Positions 43,041 to 51,279 of a stretch of 58,942 nt of DNA are shown here, piece by piece. Origin of the DNA: Acidimicrobiia bacterium (GTDB lineage: Bacteria > Acidobacteriota > Vicinamibacteria > Vicinamibacterales > UBA2999); the NCBI GenBank assembly GCA_016871255.1, contig VFZH01000005.1:1-58942 (forward strand), written 5' to 3'. Position numbers and translations under genes: made by a program. Positions within the stretch are counted from its first letter, which is position 1. Every line of letters begins with the position of its first letter. Below the pieces are notes generated by a model. It was not told where the DNA came from. It worked only from the letters and a program-made list of their open reading frames with translations, and did no database searches.

Positions 43041-43098
43041 GTGATTGACCATTGGCGATTGCCTTGACGATTGGCGATTGGGGATTTGGCGATTGACC
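43041..43098 (-). repeat. Family-A array (GATTG on the plus strand) overlapping the aldolase start
   Basis: gtgattgaccattggcgattgccttgacgattggcgattggggatttggcgattgacc. Confidence 0.85.
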
Positions 43099-43886
43099 CG
43101 GCGCTGCCACTGAACCCGCTTCGTTCCACGCTGGAACGGGGCGACGTGGCGTTCGGTGTCGGCGTGCGGCTCACCCGCACGCCGGAGCTGGTCGCGCTCG
43201 CGGCGGCCTGCGACTACCGGTGGCTGTTCCTGGACATCGAGCACAGCTCGATGTCCATCGACACGGCCGCCGGGCTGTCGGTCACGGCCCTTGGCGCCGG
43301 GATCACCCCGCTGGCGCGCGTCCCTGCGGGTGACTGCACGCTGGCATCCCGCCTGCTCGACGCGGGTGCGTGGGGTGTCCTGGCCTCACACATCGAGACA
43401 GCAGACGAGGCGGCGGCGATGGTGCGTCAGCTCCGGTTCCCGCCCTCCGGCAATCGATCGGTGTCCTACAGCCTGCCGCAGCTCCGCTTTGCGCCGATGG
43501 CGGGGGGCACGGCCGCCCGTCACTTCAACGAGCAGGTGCTGCTGGTTGCGATGATCGAAAGCTCGGTCGCGGTGGCGCACGCGTTCGAGATCGCCGCGGT
43601 CCCCGGCGTGGACGCGCTGTTCGTCGGCGCCAACGACCTCACGGCAGACCTCGGCGTGCCAGGCGAGTTCGTCCACGCCGGCGTGACCGAGGCGTGCCGG
43701 CACGTCATCGACGCGTGTGCGGCGCACGGCAAGTGGCCGGGCCTCGGCGGCATTTACGACGAGGCGCAGCTCCGGCCGCACGTCGAGGCCGGCATGCGCC
43801 TGGTCCTCGGCGGCACCGACATGGCGTTGATGACCGCGGCCCTCCGGGAGCGGAGGGCGATGCTCGAGCGGGCAGCTCGGGGTTGA
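43071..43886 (+). CDS. HpcH/HpaI-family aldolase
   Basis: NPLRSTLERGDVAFGVGVRL...YRWLFLDIEHS and LVAMIES...GVDALFVGANDL. The start is a TTG at 43071 or 43086, inside the repeat. Confidence 0.82.
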   Translation: MAIGDLAIDPALPLNPLRSTLERGDVAFGVGVRLTRTPELVALAAACDYRWLFLDIEHSSMSIDTAAGLSVTALGAGITPLARVPAGDCTLASRLLDAGAWGVLASHIETADEAAAMVRQLRFPPSGNRSVSYSLPQLRFAPMAGGTAARHFNEQVLLVAMIESSVAVAHAFEIAAVPGVDALFVGANDLTADLGVPGEFVHAGVTEACRHVIDACAAHGKWPGLGGIYDEAQLRPHVEAGMRLVLGGTDMALMTAALRERRAMLERAARG

Positions 43887-43905
43887 CCGCATTCGCCAAG
43901 GCTAC

Positions 43906-43945
43906 GGCCCGGTCCGCCGGCGCTTCAGCGCCGGCGGACCGGGCC
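43906..43945. terminator. Bidirectional hairpin between convergent genes
   Basis: Perfect 18-bp stem GGCCCGGTCCGCCGGCGC / GCGCCGGCGGACCGGGCC with loop TTCA. Confidence 0.7.
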
Positions 43946-43950
43946 ACCCA

Positions 43951-44319
43951 TCACCTGCGGAAGCCGCTTTCCACGGTGAAGTACTGCGCCTGCATCCCCA
44001 TGTCCGACAGCGCCTTCTTCACCTTCACCAGCTCGGGCTCCGACGCGTGGACCTCGAGGCGCGTGATCTCGGCGACCTTCAGCATCTCGCCGAAGATGGC
44101 GCCGATGTTCCCGAGGTGCGCCAGCCAGGCGTCGGCATGCTCGTAGCCCTCGCGCGCGAACACCTGGTCGCCGTCGAAGGCGAATCCGCAATACAGCGCA
44201 CCCGGCTCCTCGCCGGTCTTCTGCACCATCTGCTCGCAGAGCGCCTTGAACTCCGCCATCTTGCCGGCCTGCACCTTGAAATACGGGGCCGGGCTGACGC
44301 ACGAATCCTGAGTGGGCAT
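43951..44319 (-). CDS. ABM (antibiotic-biosynthesis-monooxygenase-like) ferredoxin-fold protein
   Basis: 122 aa with an AAGGAG SD. The pattern YCGFAFDGDQVFAREGYEHADAWLAHL is typical of ABM domains. Confidence 0.6.
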   Translation of the reverse strand: MPTQDSCVSPAPYFKVQAGKMAEFKALCEQMVQKTGEEPGALYCGFAFDGDQVFAREGYEHADAWLAHLGNIGAIFGEMLKVAEITRLEVHASEPELVKVKKALSDMGMQAQYFTVESGFRR

Positions 44320-44360
44320 GGGATCTCCTTCGGGTGATGTGACCGGCGCGAACCCGCTCG

Positions 44361-44768
44361 CTAGACGCCCGCGGCGTCGGGGCTGAACCGATCGGTCTGA
44401 TACTGGGTGAACGCCGCGTAGTCCGGGCGCAGGGGGTACCACACATCGAGGTTCAATGCCGGACCGTCCTCCTCCCGAGGCCCCTCGCCCCAGTGCAGCG
44501 CGTTGGGCGGGATGCGGATGACGGTGCCCGCCGGGCAATCGAACACCTGCTCCTCGATGTGCAGCGTGATCCGCCCCTTCAGGATCATGAAGAGCTGCTC
44601 CCACGGGTGACGATGGGGCGCGGTCTCCATGCCGGGGTGCAGGGTCGTAAGGCCGATGACGACGTTGTCGCCACGGAAGACCTTCTGGGTGACACCGGGA
44701 CGCATCGTGCGCTCCGGGATGGTGTCCCAGTTGTACTGCGGGACGGCAACGGCCTGCTCCACGGACAT
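44361..44768 (-). CDS. Cupin-domain protein
   Basis: AGGAGGAG SD. HPGMETAPHRHPWEQLFMILKG...AGTVIRIPPNALH carries cupin motifs 1 and 2. Confidence 0.8.
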   Translation of the reverse strand: MSVEQAVAVPQYNWDTIPERTMRPGVTQKVFRGDNVVIGLTTLHPGMETAPHRHPWEQLFMILKGRITLHIEEQVFDCPAGTVIRIPPNALHWGEGPREEDGPALNLDVWYPLRPDYAAFTQYQTDRFSPDAAGV

Positions 44769-44820
44769 GGTCTCCTCCTGACCGGTCCACCATAGGGCGA
44801 ACGGAGGGCGGGGAGCAAGA

Positions 44821-44888
44821 GCGGACTCGAAATCCCAAAGCCCAAATCCCGAATCCCAAGCCCAATCCCAGGACCCAAATCCCAAAGT
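44821..44888 (+). repeat. Family-B array with a conserved head, in a divergent promoter gap
   Basis: GCGGACTCGAAATCCC head (15/16 identical to 4201-4216). There are 8 CCC tracts separated by 3-4 nt. Confidence 0.9.
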
Positions 44889-45004
44889 GCGCCCGTATCG
44901 GGTAAAGTGTGGCGGTCCATCCCGCCGCTCGCGGCGGATCGCGGTTCCGCCCGGCGCTGCGCCGAGTGCGCGTGCCGGCGCTTCAGCTACGGAGTTCCTG
45001 AATC

Positions 45005-46213
45005 ATGGCCGATCCCTTCTCGCAATCCGCCGCCAAGCCGCAGGGCGTCGGCGTCGGGCCGATTCCGTTCGATCGGGCCCGGCTCGACCGCGCCATGGAC
45101 GAAGCCGGTGTGGATGCGCTGCTCGTCACCAGCCACATCAACATCCGCTACCTCACCGGCGGCTACCACTGCCTCTTCTACGACACCATGGAAGAGCTGG
45201 GCGTCAGCAAGTACGGCCCGACCATCCTGTATCGCAAAGGACAGCCCGAGCGGTCGTTCTTCCTCGGCTCCTACTTCGATAAGGAGCAGCTGCCGAACGA
45301 CCCGATCTGGGTACCGAACGCCGAACTCGGGAACTGGGTGGGCACGACGACCCCGCCGCTCATCGCGGACTGGGTGAAGAAGGAGAAGCTCGAGAAGGCC
45401 ACACTCGGCATCGAGTCCCCCTTCCTGTCGGTCGAGGTGTACACCGAGCTCGTGAAGCTCCTTCCCGACGTGAAGTGGGTCAACGCGGTGACGGTGCTCG
45501 AGTACCTGCGGGCCATCAAGACGCCGCAGGAGCTGGAGACGCTGCGTATCGCGTCGGACAAGGTGGTCGAGGCGATGCAGTACGGGTTCCGCCGGCTCAG
45601 GCCCGGCATGAGCAGCCGCGACATCGAGAAGGTCGTCGCGGACAGGGAGCGCGAGCTCGGGATGACGTTCGACTACTGCCTGGTCGGCTTCGGCAAGGAC
45701 ACGAACCGGACGCCGCGTGCCAACATGACGTTCGAGGCCGGCATGATCGCGGACTTCGACTCGGGCGGCAACATCAACGGCTACATCGGCGACCTGTGCC
45801 GCATGGGCAGCCACGGCGAGCCGGAGCCGCTGCAGAAGCAGATCCTGGACGAGATCAACCACGTGCAGATGTCGGCCAGACAGCCCATGAAACACGGCGC
45901 GCGCGGCGGATCCATCCTCGAGGCGGCCCAGGCCGCGATCAAGGAATGTGAACACGGGTCCTGGATGGGGTTCATCGTGCACGGCATGGGGCTCGTCTCG
46001 CACGAGGCGCCGCGACTGGTGAACAGGCCGATCCCGTACGCGAACGAGTGGGCCGAGCGGCCGCTCGAAACCGGCATGGTCGTGTCGATCGAAACGACGG
46101 TCGCCAAGCCCGACTGCGGATACATCAAGCTGGAAGACACGATCGCCGTCACCGCCACCGGATGCGAGGGCTTCGGCGACGGCGGCCGCGGCTGGAACCC
46201 GATCGGGAGCTGA
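45005..46213 (+). CDS. M24-family metallopeptidase (Xaa-Pro peptidase/creatinase-like)
   Basis: Creatinase-like N-terminal domain (GVDALLVTSHINIRYLTG). The C-terminal pita-bread region has IKTPQELETLR and ...GMVVSIET. Confidence 0.82.
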   Translation: MADPFSQSAAKPQGVGVGPIPFDRARLDRAMDEAGVDALLVTSHINIRYLTGGYHCLFYDTMEELGVSKYGPTILYRKGQPERSFFLGSYFDKEQLPNDPIWVPNAELGNWVGTTTPPLIADWVKKEKLEKATLGIESPFLSVEVYTELVKLLPDVKWVNAVTVLEYLRAIKTPQELETLRIASDKVVEAMQYGFRRLRPGMSSRDIEKVVADRERELGMTFDYCLVGFGKDTNRTPRANMTFEAGMIADFDSGGNINGYIGDLCRMGSHGEPEPLQKQILDEINHVQMSARQPMKHGARGGSILEAAQAAIKECEHGSWMGFIVHGMGLVSHEAPRLVNRPIPYANEWAERPLETGMVVSIETTVAKPDCGYIKLEDTIAVTATGCEGFGDGGRGWNPIGS

Positions 46214-46262
46214 CGCCCTGGCTGACGTCGACGTCGTCCCCAACCTGATCGGCGCGAAATGG

Positions 46263-47681
46263 GTGCGCCCCGGCGGCGCGGAGCTGTTCGACAGCTACAA
46301 CCCGGCCACGGGCGAGGTGATCGCCCGCACGCCGCTGTCGCGCGCCTCGGACGTGGATGCCGCAGTGGCCGCGGCCCGCGCAGCGTTCGAGGGCTGGCGC
46401 GAGACGCCGGTCGTCCAGCGCGCCCGGATCCTGTTCCACTTCCACCAGAAGCTCGAACAGCACTTCGACGAGCTGGTGCGCATCGTCACCACCAACCAGG
46501 GCAAGACGCTGGCCGAAGCGCGCGGCAGCCTGCAGCGCACCATCGAGAACGTCGAGGTCGCGTGCGCGGGTCCGTCCCTCCTCATGGGCGGCTACGGCCT
46601 GGAGAACGTCGGTTCCCGCGGCGTGGACAGCCACGTCGTCCGGCAGCCGCTGGGCGTCTGCGCCATCATCACGCCGTTCAACTTCCCCGCCATGGTGCCG
46701 ATGATGTTCCTGCCCTATGCGCTGGTGTCCGGGAACACGGCGGTCGTCAAGCCGTCCGAGCAGGTGCCGCTGATCCAGCGGCGCGTGGCGGAGTTGCTGC
46801 TCGAGTGCGACCTTCCGCCCGGCGTGCTCAACGTCGTGAACGGCGGCCGCGAGGCGGTCGAAGCGCTCTGTGACCACCCAGACGTCCGGGCGGTGTCGTT
46901 CGTCGGTTCCTCACCGGTGGCGCGCGCCGTGTACCGGCGCGCCACACACGCCGGCAAGCGCGCCCAGTGTTTCGGCGGCGCGAAGAACCTCGTCGTGGTG
47001 ATGCCCGACGTGAACCTGGACGACGCGATCCGGTCGATTGCCGAGTCGTTCTTCGTGTGCGCCGGCCAGCGGTGCCTGGCCGCGAGCGTCATGGTGCCCG
47101 TCGGCGAGGTGCACGCCGAGGCGCGGGACCGGATGGTGGCGCTGGCACAGGGCTACCGCCTGGGTGACGGCGCGGTCGAGGGCACGACCATGGGCCCCGT
47201 GGTCACGGGTCTGGCCCGCGACCGCATCGTCGGCATGATCGACCGCAGCGCGAGCGCCGGCGTGCCGCTGGCGCTGGACGGACGCACGGCGCGGGTGGCC
47301 GATCGGCCAGATGGCTTCTTCGTGGGGCCGACCATCTTCGACGAGGTGTCGGCCGACGTCGAGATCGGGACCGAAGAGGTGTTCGGTCCGGTGGCGGTCA
47401 TCGCGCCCGTGAAAACGCTCGAGGACGCCTTCACGCTGATGCACCGCATCCCGAAGGCCAACGCGGCGGCCATCTTCACCTCATCGGGGAAGGCCGCGCG
47501 CGAGTTCAGCCACCGGGCAACCGCCCCGATGGTCGGGGTGAACATCGGCGTCCCCGCGCCAATGGCCTACTTCCCGTTCGGGGGCGCGCGCGAAAGCTTC
47601 TTCGGCGACACCAAGGCGCACGGCCGCGCCGGCTTCGACTTCTTCACCGAGCAGAAGCAGACGATCTATCGGTGGACCTAG
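46263..47681 (+). CDS. Aldehyde dehydrogenase (methylmalonate-semialdehyde dehydrogenase-like); N-terminus probably longer
   Basis: ITPFNFPAM, FVGSSPVA and VCAGQRCLA (catalytic Cys). The conservative start is GTG 46263. Homology (NLIGAKWV) continues upstream to a possible CTG at 46218. Confidence 0.88.
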   Translation: MRPGGAELFDSYNPATGEVIARTPLSRASDVDAAVAAARAAFEGWRETPVVQRARILFHFHQKLEQHFDELVRIVTTNQGKTLAEARGSLQRTIENVEVACAGPSLLMGGYGLENVGSRGVDSHVVRQPLGVCAIITPFNFPAMVPMMFLPYALVSGNTAVVKPSEQVPLIQRRVAELLLECDLPPGVLNVVNGGREAVEALCDHPDVRAVSFVGSSPVARAVYRRATHAGKRAQCFGGAKNLVVVMPDVNLDDAIRSIAESFFVCAGQRCLAASVMVPVGEVHAEARDRMVALAQGYRLGDGAVEGTTMGPVVTGLARDRIVGMIDRSASAGVPLALDGRTARVADRPDGFFVGPTIFDEVSADVEIGTEEVFGPVAVIAPVKTLEDAFTLMHRIPKANAAAIFTSSGKAAREFSHRATAPMVGVNIGVPAPMAYFPFGGARESFFGDTKAHGRAGFDFFTEQKQTIYRWT

Positions 47682-47759
47682 CGATTGGTGATTGAGGATT
47701 GATGATTGGGGATTGATTGAAAATTGAAAATTGAGGATTGAGGATTGAGGATTGAGGAT
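47682..47759 (-). repeat. Family-A array starting immediately after the ALDH stop codon
   Basis: cgattggtgattgaggattgatgattggggattgattgaaaattgaaaattgaggattgaggattgaggattgaggat. Confidence 0.9.
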
Positions 47760-47802
47760 GGGTAGTTCGTGACTGGGTGCAGCAGAGACGGGAGGTGGAG
47801 TG

Positions 47803-48513
47803 ATGGCGATCTCCAGGCGCGATGCGATCGGTCTGACGGGCTCGGCGCTGGCCGGGCTCTCTTTCGGCAACCTTGACGCCGCCGCGCTCCAGGCGCCGTC
47901 GGGGCCGTGGCCCGACACGCTGGTCGAGCGACCCCTTCGCGAGGGGTTTCCTGCTCCCCTGCCGCTCAACGCGGACGGCTCGGCGCCCGAGCACCCGGCG
48001 GGCGCCGCCGGGCCGATCTCCGACCCGCTGATGTGGCGAACACCAGACCGCCAGACGCCCGAGATCGAGTTCGACTACCGGAAGATGGCGATCAAGGTCG
48101 ATCCGCGCGGCCTGGGCCGGCTGGGCGGCACGCTGCGCTTCGAGCATCTCGAGAAGCTCCCGCGCGCCACCCACACGTTCCTGCTCCAGTGCGGCGCGCC
48201 CAACCCGCGCGGCATCGTCACATGGAGCGGCGTGCGGTTCAGTGACTTCGCAGACATGCTGGGCCTCGTGCCAGGCGTCCACTACTGCCGCTTCATCGCC
48301 TCGGACCGGATGTACGTGGACGAGCCGCTCGACACGCTCCGCCACCCGCAGGTGCTGCTGGCTTGGATGATGAACGGGGCGCCGATTCCCCCGCGCCACG
48401 GGGCGCCGCTGCGCCTGATCATCCCCTTCCGCTACGGCAACCGCAGCATCAAGGCGATCACCGAGATCCTGTTCGGCACGCCCAGCCTGCCGATGCCGCC
48501 GCTGCCCGCGTGA
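47803..48513 (+). CDS. Molybdopterin-dependent oxidoreductase domain protein (sulfite-oxidase/MsrP-like), Tat-exported
   Basis: Twin-arginine signal MAISRRDAIGLTGSALAG. GAPLRLIIPFRYGNRSIKAITEI is typical of the Mo-binding domain. GGGAGGTGGAG SD. Confidence 0.8.
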   Translation: MAISRRDAIGLTGSALAGLSFGNLDAAALQAPSGPWPDTLVERPLREGFPAPLPLNADGSAPEHPAGAAGPISDPLMWRTPDRQTPEIEFDYRKMAIKVDPRGLGRLGGTLRFEHLEKLPRATHTFLLQCGAPNPRGIVTWSGVRFSDFADMLGLVPGVHYCRFIASDRMYVDEPLDTLRHPQVLLAWMMNGAPIPPRHGAPLRLIIPFRYGNRSIKAITEILFGTPSLPMPPLPA

Positions 48514-48522
48514 CCCGGGAAC

Positions 48523-48542
48523 GGGCCGGCTTCAGCCGGCCC
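48523..48542. terminator. Bidirectional hairpin between convergent genes
   Basis: GGGCCGGC TTCA GCCGGCCC. It has the same GCCGGC..TTCA..GCCGGC core as the hairpin at 43906-43945. Confidence 0.45.
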
Positions 48543-48544
48543 GG

Positions 48545-49573
48545 CTACGGTGCGCGCGGCGCGACGCTGTTGGGGAACGGCAGGTCCACCAGCGTCGAGT
48601 TGCCGCCCGTGCTGTAGAACAGCTTCCCGTCGGGACTCCCCACGTTCTCGTTGAACGTCGTCGAGTAGTGGTACGCGACGCGCCAGGCGCCGCCCTCGCG
48701 GAACAGCACGACGGTCAGGTGCCGCAGGTCCGTCGGCCGGTTGTACACGAACTGGTGGTAGCGCCCCAGCAGGATCGCCATGTTGTCGCCGTACAGGCGC
48801 AGCTGCAGCGGGTCGATGCGCTGGAGATCGTGGTAGCACTCCTCCGTGCCGTCGATCATCCAGGCCCGCGTGTACGTCATCCCGTTGAACCCGGAGATCA
48901 GGTAGTTGGCTGCAAGCAGCCGGTCCACACGGGGCGTCTGGCAGTTCTGAAACGCCGCCGCGTAGGTCAGCGCCGCGTTGAAGGCCGCCTTCTCCATCGC
49001 GACCCGATCGGCCTCGGGCGCGCCGGCCGGCCCGGCATGGCGCGCGATCGTCGGCGAGAAGCCACCCGGCTGCTTCGTGGACGGCCCTCCCTGCAGCTGC
49101 GCGAACGCCTTGCCCTCTGCGGGGCCGGCACCTGACTGCATGACCGCAGAGTGGTGGTGCGCGAGCTTCCAGACGCCGTCGTGCCGCACCAGCACGTGCG
49201 TGAGCTGGTGGATCGGCATCGGCTCGTCCCGGACGAACTGGTGATACTTGGAGATCACCAGCGCCGCGCGATCCCCGTCGTTGAGGCTCACGTGCATCGG
49301 CTCGATCCGGACGAGCGACCGGGCGCACGACTCGACGGTGTCGAGGAACCAGGCACGCGAATACGTCATCCCGTTGTAGTCGGTGAAGGTGAAGTCCTTC
49401 GTCGTCATCCGGTCGGCTGCCGCGCGGTCGCAGCCCTGGAACGCCTGTGCGAAGGCGTTCTCGAAGGCGATGACCGGTTCGGCACGGGCAGCGTCGGACG
49501 CCGGGACGCCCTGAGCCGCCGTCGACGACGTGATGGCAAGCAGGGCACAGACAGCGAACAGACGAGGTGCCAT
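48545..49573 (-). CDS. Secreted protein with two tandem NTF2/SnoaL-like (DUF4440-like) domains
   Basis: Signal peptide plus an internal duplication: DYNGMTYSRAWFLDTVESCARSLVRIEPMHVSL versus GFNGMTYTRAWMIDGTEECYHDLQRIDPLQLRL. Confidence 0.7.
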   Translation of the reverse strand: MAPRLFAVCALLAITSSTAAQGVPASDAARAEPVIAFENAFAQAFQGCDRAAADRMTTKDFTFTDYNGMTYSRAWFLDTVESCARSLVRIEPMHVSLNDGDRAALVISKYHQFVRDEPMPIHQLTHVLVRHDGVWKLAHHHSAVMQSGAGPAEGKAFAQLQGGPSTKQPGGFSPTIARHAGPAGAPEADRVAMEKAAFNAALTYAAAFQNCQTPRVDRLLAANYLISGFNGMTYTRAWMIDGTEECYHDLQRIDPLQLRLYGDNMAILLGRYHQFVYNRPTDLRHLTVVLFREGGAWRVAYHYSTTFNENVGSPDGKLFYSTGGNSTLVDLPFPNSVAPRAP

Positions 49574-49612
49574 GTCGGGTCTCCTGAGTGGACTGGGACT
49601 TCCAAGCTTACA

Positions 49613-49621
49613 TGCTATAGT
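49613..49621 (+). promoter_or_regulatory. Candidate extended -10 element for the NHL paralog 2 gene
   Basis: TGcTATAGT lies 27 nt upstream of ATG 49648, with GGAGGAGG SD between them. No convincing -35. Confidence 0.3.
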
Positions 49622-49647
49622 CCCGCCTCACCGGAGGAGGTTACGGC

Positions 49648-50838
49648 ATGACCGAGCGGTGTATCAGGCCCACAGGCGGTGCGGTTCTCGGCGTTCTGCT
49701 GGCCCTCGGTGCCGGGGCCGCCGGGTGCGCGCCCTCCCCGGAGAGTCAGCCGGAGCCAGAAGCGGCCGCCCCCCAGGAGGACGGCGTCCCCGTGTTCGAG
49801 GTGGACCCGACCTGGCCGAAGCAGCCCTTTCCCGACCAGTGGATCATGGGCGGCGCCATGGGCGTGGACGTGGATGCGAACGACCACATCTGGGTCTCAC
49901 ACCTCGCCTCGGACCTCACGCAGTTCGAAACCGGCGCCGCCGCGGACCCGCCGAGGGCCATCTGCTGCCGGCCGGCCCCGCCGATCATCGAATTCGACCA
50001 GGACGGCAACATCGTGCGGGCCTGGGGCGGCCCGGGAGAAGGGTACCAGTGGCCCCGTTCCGTCCACGGCCTGACCGTGGACTACCGGGGCAACGTCTGG
50101 GTGGGCGGCAACGTGGCGCCCGATGCGCACGTCCTGAAGTTCGCGCCTGACGGCAGGTTCCTGCTGCAGATCGGGCGATCGGGCGAGAGCCGGGGAAACG
50201 CCGACACGGCGAACCTCGGGTCGCCGGCTGACGTGGCCATCGATCCGGACACCAACGAAGTGTGGGTGGCGGACGGCTACCGCAACCGGCGTGTGATCGC
50301 GTATGACGCCGACACGGGCGAATACAAGCGCCACTTCGGCGCCTACGGCGAGCCGCCGCCCGATACGCCCCCTGCGCCGCCTGGGGGTGGCCCGCCGCCG
50401 GCCGCGCAGGACGGGCCGCCGAAGCGGTTCGGCCTGGTGCACTGCGTCGTGATCTCGAACGACGATCTCGTCTACGTCTGCGACCGGGTCTTCGACCGCA
50501 TTCAGGTGTTCCGCACGGACGGCACGTACGTGACGGAAAGGGTCATCACGCCCGACGTGGTCGGCGCGGTCGCCAACGACGTCTCGTTCTCACCGGATCC
50601 CGAGCAGCGGTTCATGTACGTGACCGACCACGCGAGCTCGAAGGTGTGGATCCTCCGGCGCGAGACGATGGAGGTCGTCGGCTCGTTCGGCTACGGGGGC
50701 CACTTCGTCGGCGGCTTCACCATCACGCACAACATCGCCACCGACTCGAAGGGCAACCTCTACGTGACCGAAGGGCTCGAGGGGAAACGCGTGCAGCGGT
50801 TCCTCTACAAGGGCATGGGACCCGCCACCGCGCAGTAG
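49648..50838 (+). CDS. Secreted NHL-repeat beta-propeller protein (paralog 2)
   Basis: VADGYRNRRVIAYDADTGEYKRHFGAYG and CDRVFDRIQVFRTDGTY. About half of residues are identical to the ORF at 54001..55116, by eye. Confidence 0.8.
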   Translation: MTERCIRPTGGAVLGVLLALGAGAAGCAPSPESQPEPEAAAPQEDGVPVFEVDPTWPKQPFPDQWIMGGAMGVDVDANDHIWVSHLASDLTQFETGAAADPPRAICCRPAPPIIEFDQDGNIVRAWGGPGEGYQWPRSVHGLTVDYRGNVWVGGNVAPDAHVLKFAPDGRFLLQIGRSGESRGNADTANLGSPADVAIDPDTNEVWVADGYRNRRVIAYDADTGEYKRHFGAYGEPPPDTPPAPPGGGPPPAAQDGPPKRFGLVHCVVISNDDLVYVCDRVFDRIQVFRTDGTYVTERVITPDVVGAVANDVSFSPDPEQRFMYVTDHASSKVWILRRETMEVVGSFGYGGHFVGGFTITHNIATDSKGNLYVTEGLEGKRVQRFLYKGMGPATAQ

Positions 50839-50952
50839 GATCCGCCACCGCCTGCCACGCCCGTCCGCGCCCGCGCATCGAGCGCCGTTCCGGCCGCGGT
50901 ATACTCCGCAGGTTCACGAGACGGGCGCCGGCCGGGCGTCGGAGGAGACACC

Positions 50953-51264
50953 ATGCTGTACGAGCTGCGGATCTACACGGTTCAGCCTGGCAAGGTCGGC
51001 GAACTGCAGGCGCTCTTCGAGAACGAAGGCCTTCCGATCATCAAGGAGCACTCCAAACTCGTCGGCTGGTGGTCCACCGAGGTCGGGCCGCTCAACCAGG
51101 TCGTCCACCTCTGGGCGTACGACAACGCGGGGCACCGCGAGCAGGTCCGCGCCAAGGTGGGCAGCGACCCGCGCCTGACGGCGTACCGCAGCAAGGTGCT
51201 GGCGCTGCTCGTGTCGCAGTCCAACATGCTGCTGGTGCCGTCGAACTTCTCTCCCCTCAAGTAG
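50953..51264 (+). CDS. NIPSNAP-family protein
   Basis: MLYELRIYTVQPGKVGELQALFENEGLPIIKEH...VVHLWAYDN is the typical NIPSNAP pattern. GGAGGAG SD. Confidence 0.8.
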   Translation: MLYELRIYTVQPGKVGELQALFENEGLPIIKEHSKLVGWWSTEVGPLNQVVHLWAYDNAGHREQVRAKVGSDPRLTAYRSKVLALLVSQSNMLLVPSNFSPLK

Positions 51265-51279
51265 CGCGAGGACACATCC

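Noticed and set aside
44821-44888. Telomere-like repeats (GGGATTT resembles permuted eukaryotic telomere units).
   Set aside because: The units are degenerate and internal to a bacterial chromosome segment, and the order of bases differs from TTAGGG/TTTAGGG. The resemblance is only compositional.
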